A DNA stretch of 55,884 bases, filler included, from Porpidia crustulata (taxonomy: Eukaryota): the NCBI GenBank assembly GCA_964255105.1. It is 6 parts of 6 records of this genome, joined end to end, with 100 filler letters (N's around TTAATTAATTAA, not from the genome) between each part and the next. Parts side by side here need not be neighbours in the genome. Positions count along the whole stretch, not along the records: positions 18,693 to 27,927 come from CAXUWE010000972.1; positions 28,028 to 37,249 come from CAXUWE010000973.1; 4 more parts are not named here. One strand, given 5' to 3'. The translations under genes and the position numbers were made by a program. The notes beneath the pieces were generated by a model. It was not told the DNA's origin, did no database searches, and worked only from the letters and a program-made list of their open reading frames with translations. Positions 23,825 to 37,349 of this stretch are shown here, piece by piece. Numbering within the stretch: position 1 is the stretch's first letter; every line of letters begins with the position of its first letter.

Positions 23825-25231
23825 ATGGGGCTTCTACCTATAATTATTGTTGTCTCATTGCTAGGATTCTTTGTCGCCCTAACAATACTAATTTTTGTCG
23901 GCCAACATCTAAGAACGAGAGACCGGCGAAGGAGACAACGGCTGATAGCCAACGGCAGTGAGAAGCCCACTCGCCATCTGACGGTCCGAAGTGGTAGGGT
24001 TGTTCCACTCTCCGAGGCTATACAGACTGCTAGTACACGGCAGCTGGAATCGTTGGATCTCAGCAGCTTAAGATCGGGATTCTCTTCCAAGTCTAAGATT
24101 ACGCTTGAAAAGCCCCCCAAGACTGAGCAGCAGACAGTTCGACCAGATCAAAGGCGCTCCTCCGCATACACGGATCTCGAAGCTCAAGATCAGGAGCTGG
24201 AAAGGAGGTGGGAGGAAAATATGAAGGCCTTCCATCCAGACGAACGATTTATGGAATCTTGGATCGCTATCAATAGCCGCAGCAAAAATAGCGGAAAAGC
24301 AAGACCACCAGCCGAAGACCGGCCTTCGACTATTAGCGGGCAAAGAATTGCCGAGTCGTTACGAAAGGGTTTCAATGGTCCATCGGCGCTTGCTGGTCAA
24401 TCAATTGAAATTCCGACGACCCCGGTGGCAAGACCTGCCAAGGTTCAAACGATACCAAGGAAGAAAACAAATGATTCTGGACTAAGTGCTCATTCTCGAG
24501 CTCCGAAAGGCGATGCTGTACTGGACAACACCGCATCGTCCAAAAGATTCACGAAGAAGAAACTTAAGGTTGATCAAACTCGGAACCCTCCGGTAAACCC
24601 GCGAGTGAGCTTTGTCTTACCAGACAACATCGAGATGCCCGTGCCCACACCGGCGCACGCGAATAGTTCGCACGCGCGAATCGATTCACCTATCCAAAAT
24701 ACTCCAGTTTCGTTCTTCTCGAGTTCAGAGTCTCCGAGTTCCTCAGCGATATCTCAAGTGACGCCGTCGCTAGTGAATGCGCCGCCTCCTTCTCCAGTAA
24801 AAGCGTCTCATTCGCAAAATTTACAGTCGAACTCCAATAATGTAGAGCCGAAGCGCATACAGGGTGCATCATCTCGACGGAGCAGACCACCACACATTGA
24901 TACCAATATACCAAACATAAGAGACACATCCTTCATCGACTCCGCAGAGTCGTTAGAGAAGGATAATCTAAACCTACGACGAGGCCACTCCCACATGTCC
25001 AACCATTCGGTCCTCACATTTGCCTCGTCTGAAATATCCTCCATATGGACATTTGGAAACGCGCAGCCGGTAGCCATAGTTGCCAGCGTGGCGCCCAGGA
25101 CGTTGGCGATGCATCCCAAATCAACGAGACTCAAGTCCAAGTACGGCCGTCGGGTCAAGTCTCGACGAGAGAAAGCGCTACCCATCCTCCCGAGTTCTCC
25201 GCTCCGAGTCGATTCGAACAACGTTCCTTGA
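23825..25231 (+). CDS. Hypothetical single-pass membrane protein with Ser/Pro-rich disordered cytoplasmic tail
   Basis: 468-aa ORF with an N-terminal hydrophobic helix followed by a basic RRRRQR stop-transfer segment and low-complexity sequence. Confidence 0.7.
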   Translation: MGLLPIIIVVSLLGFFVALTILIFVGQHLRTRDRRRRQRLIANGSEKPTRHLTVRSGRVVPLSEAIQTASTRQLESLDLSSLRSGFSSKSKITLEKPPKTEQQTVRPDQRRSSAYTDLEAQDQELERRWEENMKAFHPDERFMESWIAINSRSKNSGKARPPAEDRPSTISGQRIAESLRKGFNGPSALAGQSIEIPTTPVARPAKVQTIPRKKTNDSGLSAHSRAPKGDAVLDNTASSKRFTKKKLKVDQTRNPPVNPRVSFVLPDNIEMPVPTPAHANSSHARIDSPIQNTPVSFFSSSESPSSSAISQVTPSLVNAPPPSPVKASHSQNLQSNSNNVEPKRIQGASSRRSRPPHIDTNIPNIRDTSFIDSAESLEKDNLNLRRGHSHMSNHSVLTFASSEISSIWTFGNAQPVAIVASVAPRTLAMHPKSTRLKSKYGRRVKSRREKALPILPSSPLRVDSNNVP

Positions 25232-26042
25232 GTGACTAGAGATTCCGCTCCTCGAGTATGTGAAATGGTTCCTGCTCCCTGCATGATTGGGCCTGCCGGA
25301 GAATGCGTGTCAGATAGCCGAACCGGTGCACGAAACCGAAGCTGTACCACGATCGCAGCTTCTTCTCGTCACACAATACTCACATCCTTGGATCCGAGAT
25401 GATCATCGCACGAAGGGAAGAGAGGAGTCAGGTGGGCCAAGTAGGGTCTCCAGATGGACTACGGAGAAACTGATGAATCGACTGGGCTTTTGTCAATAGT
25501 CTGAATTTTGTACTATTTAATTGTACCTTAAGATATCCAATGTACAGCTTTCTCATTCAATACGTGGTCATCGTCCGATATGGCGAAGAGATTCATTTGA
25601 GTCGCATAGAACTAGACAACGAAGCATCCATTGCTACCTTAGCTTACCATGTCAAACCCGGACACTCTCTGTAATCCATCCATGGCAACGCTTCCTGGAC
25701 TTGCGATATGCAAGCCATAACGTAGGCTACATCACCCTTGCGGCGATCGTCTTGAGACTCCAAAGCGATAAGATAAGCAATGATTTAGTTTAGAGTGAGG
25801 GGGAGGGGTGTGGGAGTGAAGCGAATCTTATCGGGCGGCCTTGCTCGTACGCCTTACCTATTGCGGAAGGCATGAGGCGGGGCAGTGTGGAATGACTTCA
25901 CTTGCCACGCCCTGGGCGCGTTGGCGTCAGATGCCCCTCATGTTGCTTTTAGGCAGTGTCAGTGGTATAAGAACGTGTAGCTCTGTCGACCATCATGCAT
26001 CCCCAATCCACAAACCGAACCTTGTCCAGCAATACCACGGAC

Positions 26043-27765
26043 ATGGCATCTACTCAGTCTTCCGTGAGCTTTCAGGAGCTTGAGGAGAGGATTCGAGTAC
26101 TTGAGGTTGAGAGAAAGAAGAGGCAGCCCGAAAATGATTATGTCTACGTTCCAGAAGAGGAGAGTGTCGAAGCAATGAAACTCTTCTCTGCGGACCCTTG
26201 CGTATCGATCAGCACAACAGAGCAGTGGGAGAAGGAATTGATGCAAGACCCAAAGGTGCTTCGCATCCTTCCAGTCTGAAGCTTCTACGCTGACAATGCA
26301 TTGAAGAACCGACTGGCACTCTCAGCACTCACCTCCAATGACCCCAACAACGTCCTCACACAACGCTCCGCTACCATTGCCGATGTCCAGAACTTCAATG
26401 TCAAGATCAGCCTCGAGGGGGCTCCCATCACGAATCAACGCTCGTCCGGCCGCTGTTGGCTTTTCGCAGCTACAAACGTATTTCGGGTCGCCATCATGAG
26501 GCGCTACAATCTCAAGAATTTTGAACTCAGTCAAGCGTACCTATATTACTGGGACCAACTAGAAAAAGCGAATTACTTTTTAGAGAATATCCTGGACACT
26601 ACGGACGAAGACCTGGACGGAAGGTTGGTGCAAACTTTGATGGCCTCACCCGTAGGAGATGGCGGGCAATGGGATATGGTTGCCAATTTGGTAGAGAAAT
26701 ATGGACTTGTAAGCAGTGTGATCGGTAGCCGCCTTGATGATGGCTGATTTGAAAGGTGCCACATAATCTTTACCCGGACTCGTACAACGCCATGAACTCT
26801 CGGGTCATGGGATCATTGATCACCACCAGACTTCGAGAAGACGCTCTTGAACTGCGGAGGCTTGCTGGCAAGTCCTCCGAGGCCAGATCTTCCATTGGCG
26901 CCGTCAAAGAGAAAATGATGAGAGAGATTCACCTCATCCTGACACTGATGCTCGGCCCTCCTCCGAGCCCTAATACGGAGATGACCTGGGAATACTATGA
27001 CAAAGACGAAAAGTTCGGCAGTGTCCATACCACGCCTCTGAAGTTCGCCGGCGAACTTTCAAGCAAGACAACAATCCAGGCCAACGTTGGCGCCGACGTC
27101 CATGAGCTTTTCAGTCTTGTCAACGATCCCAGGAACCCGTATGGTGAGCTCCTCAGTGTAAGCCGTCTGGGTAATATCTACGGCATGCGCGGCGTCCGCT
27201 ACGTCAACGTTGACATGGACACGATGAAAGCTGCCTGCATCTCCATGCTGCGCAGCGAGATCCCCATCTTCTTCGGCTCGGACGTCGGCAAATACTCCAA
27301 TAGGACTTCCGGTATCATGGACACCGATCTCATCGACTACGAGCTCGGCTTCAACATTCGTCTCGGCTTGAAAAAGGCAGGGCGGCTCATGACCGGGGAG
27401 AGCGCGATGACGCATGCGATGGTGCTGACGGCGGTGCATGTGGTCGAGGGCAAGCCGGTCCGGTGGCGAGTGCAGAATTCGTGGGGCGAGGCGGCAGGCA
27501 CGAAGGGATGGTTCGTGATGAGTGACCGGTGGATGGACGAGTTTGTCTATCAGGCCGTCGTTGATCCGAGGTATGTGATTGCCTGCGGTCTGAATGCAAC
27601 GGGAGCAACAGGCTGACGGAGATAGATTCGTGTCCAAAGAGATCCGGGAGGTGCTAGACAAGGAACCGAAGATGTAAGTGCTTTCTCGCTTCGGACATCT
27701 GTTAACCTGCAACTAACTATGATTCAAGGCTTCCGCTATGGGATCCCATGGGCGCCCTCGCTTGA
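26043..27765 (+). CDS. LAP3: Bleomycin hydrolase / cysteine aminopeptidase (peptidase C1B), 5 exons
   Basis: NQRSSGRCWLFA (catalytic Cys), LEKANYFL, DGGQWDM, MTHAM (His), RVQNSWG (Asn), C-terminal LPLWDPMGALA. An alternative in-frame start exists at 25995. Confidence 0.93.
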
Positions 27766-27927
27766 CTTCCTCTTTCTCTTTTTTCGGAGGTTATCTACGA
27801 TCTTTGCACACATACGGCTACCATTTTCTTGCACACGACTGTACCATTACCATAAACTTACAATTGCAAATCCGTTCTTCGATCATCTCTTCTGTGATTC
27901 TCACTCCCCCCACCCTAACTTGCCATC

Positions 27928-28027
27928 NNNNNNNNNNNNNNNNNNNNNNNNNNNNNNNNNNNNNNNNNNNNTTAATTAATTAANNNNNNNNNNNNNNNNN
28001 NNNNNNNNNNNNNNNNNNNNNNNNNNN
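27928..28027. other. Artificial contig spacer
   Basis: N44-TTAATTAATTAA-N44. Confidence 0.98.
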
Positions 28028-30643
28028 CGGATGTCGTCCTTGATGGCGGCGGCCGTGGATTGGGAGGCGTCCATTTCGCGGTCGAGGTTGGCGATGGCGC
28101 GGGAGTAGGATTCGAGGGCGCGGCAGATTTCGTCCTTGAAGTCGTCGATGAGGACGAAGTCCGGGAAGAAGGGGATGAGGTCTTCGATGCGCAGGAGGTC
28201 GCAGCGCTTGAGGAAGTCAACCGCGGTCTTGATGCTGCCGGCGCCGGGCTGGGAGATGACTTTCCTGGCGACGGCGAGCCAGAGTTTTTTGCGCAGGGCC
28301 GGGTCGCGGTCGGCGGGGCGGTCGGCGACGAGGGAGGCCAGGTCGATTTGGTCGTGTTTGAGGGCGAGGTCGACGGCGGAGGCGTATTGGCCCATGGAGG
28401 AGTAGATGTGCACGGCGGATTGGACGCGGGCATGTTGGATGCAGAGACGGAAGGCAAAGTCGGCGTCGTAAGATGGGGATTGGGAAAGGGATTGGGTGGA
28501 GAGGTAGGAGAGGAGGGCAGATTCTGACGGGGACGGGTGGGACGCGTAGATGGAGATGAGGGTGTTGTGGATGGCGGCATCGGTGGAGTGGAGGGAGGTG
28601 ATGCAGAAACTTAGGTAGCGTGCAGCTTGATTCTGGGCCAGGGGGACGGGATTACCTTTGTTGTAGTTGAGAAGCGCGGGGATGAGATTTCGAGCATTGA
28701 GATCTTGGTGCCTCATCAGGATATCGACCAATTCCGTGGCCGCGTGGACCATGAGGACGGAGCTGTACTTGTAAAACATAGCAGGATCGATTTGCTGTTT
28801 GAGCACATTCAGTGATTCTTGCCAGCGCTCTCGCTGTACCCAGTACTCGAGCACATAATTGTAATCGTTGATTGCTGTGGCATAGGAGAGGAGTTCCTGC
28901 TCTCGTCCATGGCTGCTGATGATCTCGTAGGTGGTTTTTCGATCCAGATCTGCTTTGTATTTCACGACGAAATCTTGAAATTCTTTTTGTATTGTTGCAA
29001 GCTCGTCTTTCGTGTCTGCAGTATTTGTATTCTCCGTCAGCTGTGCTTTGGTAGTGATGGTATCATCAAGTGAATTCAGTTTCGACATGAAAATCTCAAT
29101 GAGCCAGCTCGCAATCATTACTCTCTGCATCAATGATGATCTTTTGTACATTGCTATCTTGGTCAAAAGATATTTCCGTAGCGCGTCGTGTTGGCCGTGG
29201 TCAATCAGAGTCAGTGCAACTTGTTCAAAAGGTCTACTACTCTTCCCATAGACACTTGCAGCCTCAAGGTATTGCCCCTTGCCAATCAAATAATCCCCAG
29301 AGGCAGATGCGACGGCATCCTTCTGAGCCGACGTTCTTGCATATTGTGAGGCTAGATCATATTTCTGCTCTTTCAGCATGATCTTCCAAACATCGCGATC
29401 TTCGTCTGTTATGACAATTTCAAAGATCTCTTGGGTAGTGAACAGCCAGTAGGTATTCTTCTTTTGATCTGCTAGGATACAAAGTACACTTTCTCCAGGT
29501 TCAAGCACGACTTGATCATAGACAATCCGTTCATCAAGCCTATGTATGGTTACAATCCGTCCCTCGACAGAACAGATAATGTGCCACTGGGAGAGGGCAA
29601 TGCCTTGTATAGGTTCTAAGGTGGGTTTCTTCCGACCGGATTTGCTTTCAGACGCTGGTATTTGCGACCTTTGTAGTAGTCTAGATTTGTTAAAGATAGT
29701 GTTACCAAGGCTAGGAGACGTTGTCGTCTGCAACCGCCCATGCAGTATCCCTTGCGTGTTGAGCCAGGCATATAAACGCTCTCCATCAAGATTCTCAGCA
29801 GATGTGTCAGGCGAGTCAGGAGAAGTAGCCAAAGCTGAAGGGGCAGATTTGTCGATTGGGGATACTTCGTGTAGGGTCGGCGCTTCAGTTTCGAAAAGTT
29901 TTGTAAAAATCGACCCCGATCCTTCTTGTCCAGGGCGTCCGATTCGGCCTACGAAGTGTAAAATCTTGCTTGGCGTAGCAACCATCACCCTTCGAGTGTC
30001 ATATCGACCCTGGATCAAGTCCACCAGCAAACCTGTTACCGGTCCATCGATGGTCTTGTAGACTGCCTTCAAATACTTCTCTTCCCGACGTGCAAATCCG
30101 CTTGATGGCTCTATGTATACCTCGTAGACATTGCCATCTGCCGCTCCTACGAGTATCTCCCTTGTAGAAGCCGTTGGCAGCGACGGATTCCAAGCTATGC
30201 TTTCAATGACCACACCCTTCAATCGTGATAATGCTTTTGGCTGCCTCGATTGCGTATGGAGATAGAAGTTTTCGCCCGACGTGGTTGTGATTATCAAATG
30301 CGAAGCCGAAGGGTCAAGGAACATGCGCCGAATGAGACCAACCTCTGACGTTTTCTTTGGCAAGTCGATATCTGGAAGGAAGTGGTGGTTTAGGTCAAGA
30401 GCGGTTGAAGCATTGGAAAGCAAACCAACCGTCTATATCCCTGGGACTGTCAAGGTCTACGCGCAAGATACGCCCTGTCGATAACGCCAATATCAGAACA
30501 TTGTTCGCCACCTGCGCAGCGACAAATTCTGAGGAGATGGAGAATTGGAGCTCCACTCGTTCGACCTTGAATATAGGCAGAGACGTGTCGGCGAAGTCCT
30601 GCAGCGCATCGAAAGTTCCACGACCATCGGATGAAGTAGCCAT
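28028..30643 (-). CDS. VPS18: HOPS/CORVET subunit Vps18/Pep3, 3' end (RING domain) truncated by contig edge; intron ~30436-30372
   Basis: PIFKVERVELQF..AQVANNVLILAL, IRRMFLDPSASHLII, REILVG, EDRDVWK, FEQVAL, LRKKLWL, LRIEDLIPFFPDFVLIDDFKDEIC. Confidence 0.93.
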
Positions 30644-33600
30644 GACTAGCCCAATTCTCGAGTAGCTGCCTCAAGGATTTGGGGTGTCCTTGACTGAGCT
30701 TTCGAGCAGACTCACTTTTACAGATTGAAGTAAATGTAAGGTGGGCAGGACTTAAATCACTCGAGTATCCTAAGAAGCATTACAAATAAGTGTGATCCTC
30801 AGTAGCTGTCAAGATCGAGTTGGTTGTGATCTGGTTAGGTACTACCTCAACATTCCATTTCTTGATTTAAAAGAGCGTGGGCACGAATGCCACGCCTATC
30901 AAGTTTTGTTTTGCTCTACTAGCCTTTGCTTTTGCCTGTAGTTGTTTGGGGTCGATACATGGGCATTATATAACGATAGTGCGGGTGCTGATGCTACGAA
31001 TGATTTAGGGTACGAGGCATTTTGAGAGTGACCGACACATTCAAAACTAATATCTCCAGTATGATATCTGCCACCTCGAGCTTTCATTACTTCGAAGCAA
31101 TGGCGAAAATAGGATAGAAAGTAACATCTACATGGAAATATTTGTGTGCTAGATTAATGGTGGATTTGTATTGCTTCATTGGGAGCTTGGAGTCTATTCT
31201 TTAGAAGAGAGCCCAGAACATGACCCGACGTTCGATAGCCAATTGACTATGCTCATTGAGAAGCTGATCAATAGGGCATAATATGCTGCAAATCTGTCTT
31301 GCACATCATCCTATGATGGTAAAAGACCATTGAAAGCACAAATGGAGAGTCAATGTACATTGGCCTCAACTCATCATTAGCTATGGCTCGAAGAATCCAG
31401 AAAATTGCTTGAACGAATGCGAGGGATAACATTTCTTTCGTCTCAATACTCCCTCCCCCAGTGTGGAAAAATTCTCAAACATTTGTGGATGATTTCTGCC
31501 ATTTCAACCATGCTGACCTCTCACCTGGCTGAACCAGGCATGCCTGACCAATATGCACATTTTAATTCCCGGTTGAAAACCAAAGTAATAATCTGGCATC
31601 TCTACAAAACTGCCGGGATGCGGACTTGTGCCAATTTTCTTCTTTGTGGCGAAGACGGAACAGGGTAGAGATTCCTGCACAACCAATTTATTCATCCATG
31701 TTTTGCTTGGTCAAGATTACAAATTGTCATATGATATCGAGGATGCAGTTGAACAAGTCCTGGGATTATGTTGCAAGGTTATGTTGTAGGTCTGACTCGT
31801 CCTGTCGTATCGAGGACCCGAATATCAATCAACTCGACATCCAACGTTCCACATAGACGGCCAGAGTCGCAGACGCACAACGATTACCACCTATGTCAGG
31901 GAAGAGAGTAAATACTGATAGATAATGTTTTGCATTTGAGCGTAATGGGTATAGTCCACAAGGAGATAACCTGGGATGTCACATGCTTCTTGTTCCGATC
32001 AGGGGAGTATCGGTTGCCCGTAGGCTGTACGAATGAACACGTACACAAGAACGACATGGTATATGGCGAGGCGGGTATGTAGAGCGCATATAGAATAACA
32101 GGCGGAAGGTATCACGAAGCAATATAAAGCAGGCATCCATCGCATCGACGATACTGCACATGAATTGCATCAGCTGCGCTCACAAACTCGCTGCATCGGC
32201 AGATTCGCGACGAGCACAGAATCTAGACCAGTGTAGATGAAAATGTATCAGTGTTTGCGAACAATGGGATGCAAGAGTTCAACTTAAACTTGGAAATAGA
32301 AACACTAAACTTCTGACATTGAGGGTATGCCTTCGAAAGGCGGTGACGGTTTCAGGCACAAGTCGTGGATATTTGGGGACTTGAATTCGCCCCGTATTCC
32401 CATTATCCCACAGTGTTACAAAGAATCGTGCCGGAGGATGCGTTGTAGTGTCTTGGCTGGTCATGCCGACGACACGGAAGCAGAATCCTCTTCATCGATC
32501 TTCGCACATTTCTTTATCGTGAACAGGCGTGAGGACGTGAATGGAAAAAGGTGCCGCATTCGGTAACGAGCTTGAAAAGCGTCAGAGGTTGTACTTCGGA
32601 TCACTTCGTATAGAATTAATTGAATCGAATGATGTTCAGGGTTAACAAGGATACCAATACCAATGATTGTGGATAGGACTAATAATACAAGCATCTGGCA
32701 TCTGGCATCTTTTTAATTTACATGGTTAGATCTAGATGAGGGTAAGGTATTGTTTTACAGGGTGACGTATGGTGAATCGGAAGATTTGCCCGAGACTGCA
32801 GTCGAAATACTCCACTCCGCCCCTGTCTTTCATCAAGTCCCTAGTAGCATTTTAGTAGAGTGGATGATCTACGTGGTCACGTGGCTCACATACCCGGGAT
32901 ATCTACGAATCAGAAACGACGAACGTAGTCATGTGACCTTGTATATTATTTTATTCGCATTACGTAGTACACACGTTCCGCAATACTTGGGTACTTGAGT
33001 ACTTGAGTACTTTCTTATCGACGATGATTATTCAATAATTTCCAGTACGAACAGCCGCCTGAGCCAACGTTTCACTGCTGCTGCTGGTGGGTCACCGACA
33101 AAGCCTCATTGGTCCATATCATCGTCATCGGCGAGGTACTTTTATCAGCTGATTGAGGAGAATACTGATCTTAGGTAATTATGCTTGTCTGTCCACGAAA
33201 ACCCGTTGGAGGTATCTAGAGCGGGGAATGGATGTAAGATATCCTGCTGATTTGTGCTGAGGGGTGTCTATGGCGAACTGTGGAGAGCTGGCGAAAGACG
33301 AGTACGAGCGTCAGAAAGGGTGTGTAGGGACGGCGGCATGGATGTGGATTGTGCATCGTAGATGTGGATGGTGGATGGTGGATGATGGAGGATGAATGGT
33401 TTGCATAAGAGCTGAAACTCTGTGTCTCGCCCAATCATCAGGCTGTCAGACCAACCTTGACAGTCCTGAGATGCGGAACAGGGGACTCCATACTCGCGGG
33501 CAAGACAACGATCATCGCCTCTCTCTCTCCTCTTCTCACCCGTATGATTAATTCTTATTAAGATATCTATCTGCCTGCTTATTCCATCTGGTGATCTTCA

Positions 33601-34241
33601 TCAGACCGAACATCCGATCATCCCCATTGAGTAATAGTAGTTGATTCGGTCATCGTAAGTTCATCAGTTCACTTACTCTGGCAGGCGGTTGATCCGCAAC
33701 GATCGCTTTGAGGCTACCAACCTGAAACAGCAAAGCCCCGCCCGAAACTTCCAACAAGGAACAGTTTCCCTCTCTTTTTCTTATTATCACTGCGATACTA
33801 CGACTGTTAGATACAACTCTTACGACTATTCACTTTATCCAACCTTAATCACCCGGACACCTTTCCCTTTTGCGGGATTCCAACAAGTTGCCATTCACCA
33901 CTACCGAACCTACCTCATTCACCCGAGCCGGCAGACTCGTAATCTATTAGATATTACCGTCTTTCACTCTTCATAATTCCCGGCCGGCTTCCTCTTCACA
34001 CCTCATATTAGATTCGCTGGACGAATTCAATCCCATAATTCCGGCCCTGTTGTGCTTATTACACTCGCTCCTGGGGCATTGACCGCCCCCCCCCCACTCA
34101 CACTCCTCGGCCGACAGATTCACCTTCCTACAGTCTTCACCGCATTTGACTACGTCACGAATCCTCCCAACAACTGTCACTCGAATGGTGGGTCTTGGGA
34201 TTAGTAAACAGGAGAGCTGGGACGCCTGAGGAGCGCTCATC

Positions 34242-37186
34242 ATGGCCATGCTTGCTCCCAAAGTCCCATACCCCTCATCGATGGGTATGGGCTCAGGCCA
34301 GACAGCTTCAGCAGGCCAGTACTCTGCTGGTCTGTCGAGCCATAGGACTCCTGTTGTCGGAACCACCCATAGTGCTCCGTTTGCCAGTCCGACCGAGTCG
34401 GAATTCTCGGAAGCTTTTGATGGACCTGATTCTGTCCGGTAAGCATTCGATGACCACGATCGGCCCATGACTCTGCTGATCCTGGATGGCATAGCAACTG
34501 GGATGAAAAACGCGTTGGAGAATGGCTTCGTGTCATAAATTGTGTCCAGTATGAGCGGCTGTTCAAGGGTTAGTAAAGATCTGCTGATGCAGCTTTTTGA
34601 TCTAAGAAACAAGGATGATCTGACCGAAATTTAGAAAATAATGTCACTGGAAGTAACCTGATCGAATGCGACCAAGCTGTACTGAAGGAGATGGGCATAA
34701 AAAAGATTGGTGATCGGGTCCGCATATTCGTCGCCATCAAGCAGTTAAGAACCAAGGCGGTTGGAAACCACAAGAAGCGTACAAGAGACTCAATCGCAGC
34801 CTTGGACAATCGACAAACGAATAATTCCTATACGCCCTCGTCTTCGGGATCTCCACGTCATTTCAATAATACTAAGGACCGTACATACTTGCCACCTCCG
34901 AGTACCCAAAGACCGCGTCAAGGCGATCTATCAGGCCTGGAAAATCATCATATTAATAATGCTAACAGACCGAGCTCACCTTTTGCCGAGCCTGATGGAA
35001 AAAGCCTGCGGCCCCGGCGTTACGGCGGTATGAGTCCCGTGGATAGCTCGCGCCGAGATCAGCAACAAGGCATTACTAGCAATCCTGGATCAGCCAACAC
35101 CGCTTCCGGGCGTCGACCAGCAACACCTAGTCGACAGAATCCAGGCATGGACTCTACCGTCGGCACTCTTGCCCCAGGCTCGCCGCACATTCGGGTAATA
35201 TACAACAGTGGGCAGACAAAAGTGTTAGATATCAAAAACTGCAAGACGCCTGAACAGATTGTTTTGAACGTGCTCCGGAAACTTAACCTGCCGGAGCACC
35301 ACTCGAAGAACTACTGCTTCTACCTCTTAGAAGGCATATATCCGGATCCAAACAATTGCCGCCGTGTTCCTGACGCAGAGCTGCTACGGATCTGTATGGA
35401 TCTGAAGGGTTCGGACAGGGGTCGGCTAATCTTAAGGAAGATCCATGCTGGTGAGCCGGATGATGACGAGTTGCGCAAAGCGGCTTCTATATCTTTCGAG
35501 GAGCACAACGAGATGCACGCAAAGACAATAGCCAATAACAACCCTCAAAGTAAGATCAAGGTTCAGAAACTCACTGGGGAGAACTGGGGAGACCTAACCT
35601 ATCCTTTATCCCCAGCGTCGTTCCAATCACCACATGTGTTCGCCTCGACCGCGCCGCCAGCCCGACCACGAACTAATAGCTCCGCAACCCAAGAACGGAA
35701 CCATCCAAGCAGAGCAGATTCCCGAATGTCAATACAACCAAGAATAAAAGAGTTCCTAGGTGGCCGTCCACCAAGCGAGATGATTAGCCAAGAATTAACA
35801 ACCTACTTCCCCGACCACGAAAAGGAGAAGATCGAGAGAGCGGTGCGAATGTCGATGAGGCGATCAGCTCGACTTAGCAGAGCTGCCAGCCGCATCAGTG
35901 TTGCCAGCAATGTGAGCTTTACTTCAAGCCTCAAGGACGCTCCTCCACTACCCAATATTGCGGATGCATGGTTAGCTGGAGGCTCAGCTCGGGGCGGTCC
36001 ACGCCCACTGTCTGTATCGAGATTTGCACTGCCTCAGTCTGCGTTCCGCGACTCCATTGCCTCTACCTCCCTGCAACCCTTGCAAGAGGAGTCCCCAGTC
36101 GAGCCAAATAGAAAATCGTATGTGTCGTTTGAAAGCGACTCGCAACCCGCCAACGGTGATGCCCCCAATTCTGAAGGCCAGTCGTCCTTACAGAGCTACT
36201 TCGACGAGTCGGAGAACAGCAATCCCACAACAGATGCCGGTGGATCTCTGAATGACCATCTCAGTCATGCCATTGCTGAGGATGGCGAGGAGCCAGATGA
36301 AGAGCTCGACCAGTTCCTCAAAGGCGACTCCTGGGATAACGTCAAATGGATGCAGGGTGCCCTCATCGGCCAAGGCTCCTTCGGCAGTGTCTTTCTCGCT
36401 CTGCATGCCGTCACTGGCGAATTAATGGCAGTCAAACAAGTCGAAGTGCCATCTAATAGTGCAAATAGTAAGAGTACCATGGACAAGCGAAAAGAAAGCA
36501 TGGTCGCCGCCCTTAAACGCGAAATTGATCTTCTCCGCGACCTCCAACACATCAACATAGTGCAGTACCTCGGTTCCAACTCCGACGCCGAGCATTTTAA
36601 CATTTTCCTCGAGTACGTCCCTGGCGGTTCCGTAGCCGCCATGCTCAACTCCTACGGCCAACTTCAAGAACCTCTCATCCGTAACTTCGTTCGCCAGATT
36701 CTCGCCGGTCTCTCCTACCTCCATGGACGCGACATCATCCACCGTGACATCAAAGGCGCTAATGTCCTAGTCGACAACAAGGGCAACATCAAAATCTCCG
36801 ACTTTGGGATCTCGAAGCGTGTCGAAGCTTCCCATATCCTTGCCCCTAGCCAGAATGCCGGCGGCCACGTGCATCGCCCCTCGCTCCAAGGCTCCGTCTT
36901 CTGGATGGCCCCCGAAGTCGTGAAGCAAAAAGCGCACACCCGCAAGGCTGATATATGGTCCCTGGGTTGCCTGATTGTGGAAATGTTCACGGGCAACCAT
37001 CCGTTCCCGGATTGTTCGCAGCTGCAGGCGATCTTCCAGATCGGCGGCAGCGCGAAGCCGAAGATCCCCGACTATGTCAGCGAAGAGGGCAAGGCGTTTT
37101 TGAGCCAGACGTTTGAGATTGATCACGAGAAGCGGCCGAGCGCGGATGAGTTGCTGCTGCATCCGTTTCTGAAGCAGATTGCTTGA
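34242..37186 (+). CDS. STE11: MAP kinase kinase kinase Ste11/SteC/NRC-1 (SAM, Ras-association and kinase domains; introns ~34439-34494 and ~34570-34635)
   Basis: SAM domain W..RVGEWLR..C.QY..F, LKEMGIKKIGDRVRI. RA domain IRVIYNSGQTK. RPPSE.I motif. Kinase WMQGALIGQGSFGSV, MAVKQV, FLEYVPGGS, HRDIKGAN, DFGISK, QGSVFWMAPEV. Confidence 0.95.
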
Positions 37187-37249
37187 TTACGTGGGCAGAA
37201 ATGGGGGATGAGTGGAGATGGCAGAAGGAATTGGGAGAATGGTTTAGGG

Positions 37250-37349
37250 NNNNNNNNNNNNNNNNNNNNNNNNNNNNNNNNNNNNNNNNNNNNTTAATTA
37301 ATTAANNNNNNNNNNNNNNNNNNNNNNNNNNNNNNNNNNNNNNNNNNNN
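37250..37349. other. Artificial contig spacer
   Basis: N44-TTAATTAATTAA-N44. Confidence 0.98.

Noticed and set aside
25767..25832. GATAAG cluster upstream of bleomycin hydrolase as AreA/SreA sites
   Set aside because: Short motifs that are common in fungal promoters; cannot be distinguished from background without conservation data
27976..28027. ORF-track proteins running into X residues (for example the end of VPS18, 9301-9483, 18419-18640, 18645-18932)
   Set aside because: Artefacts of translating through spacer Ns
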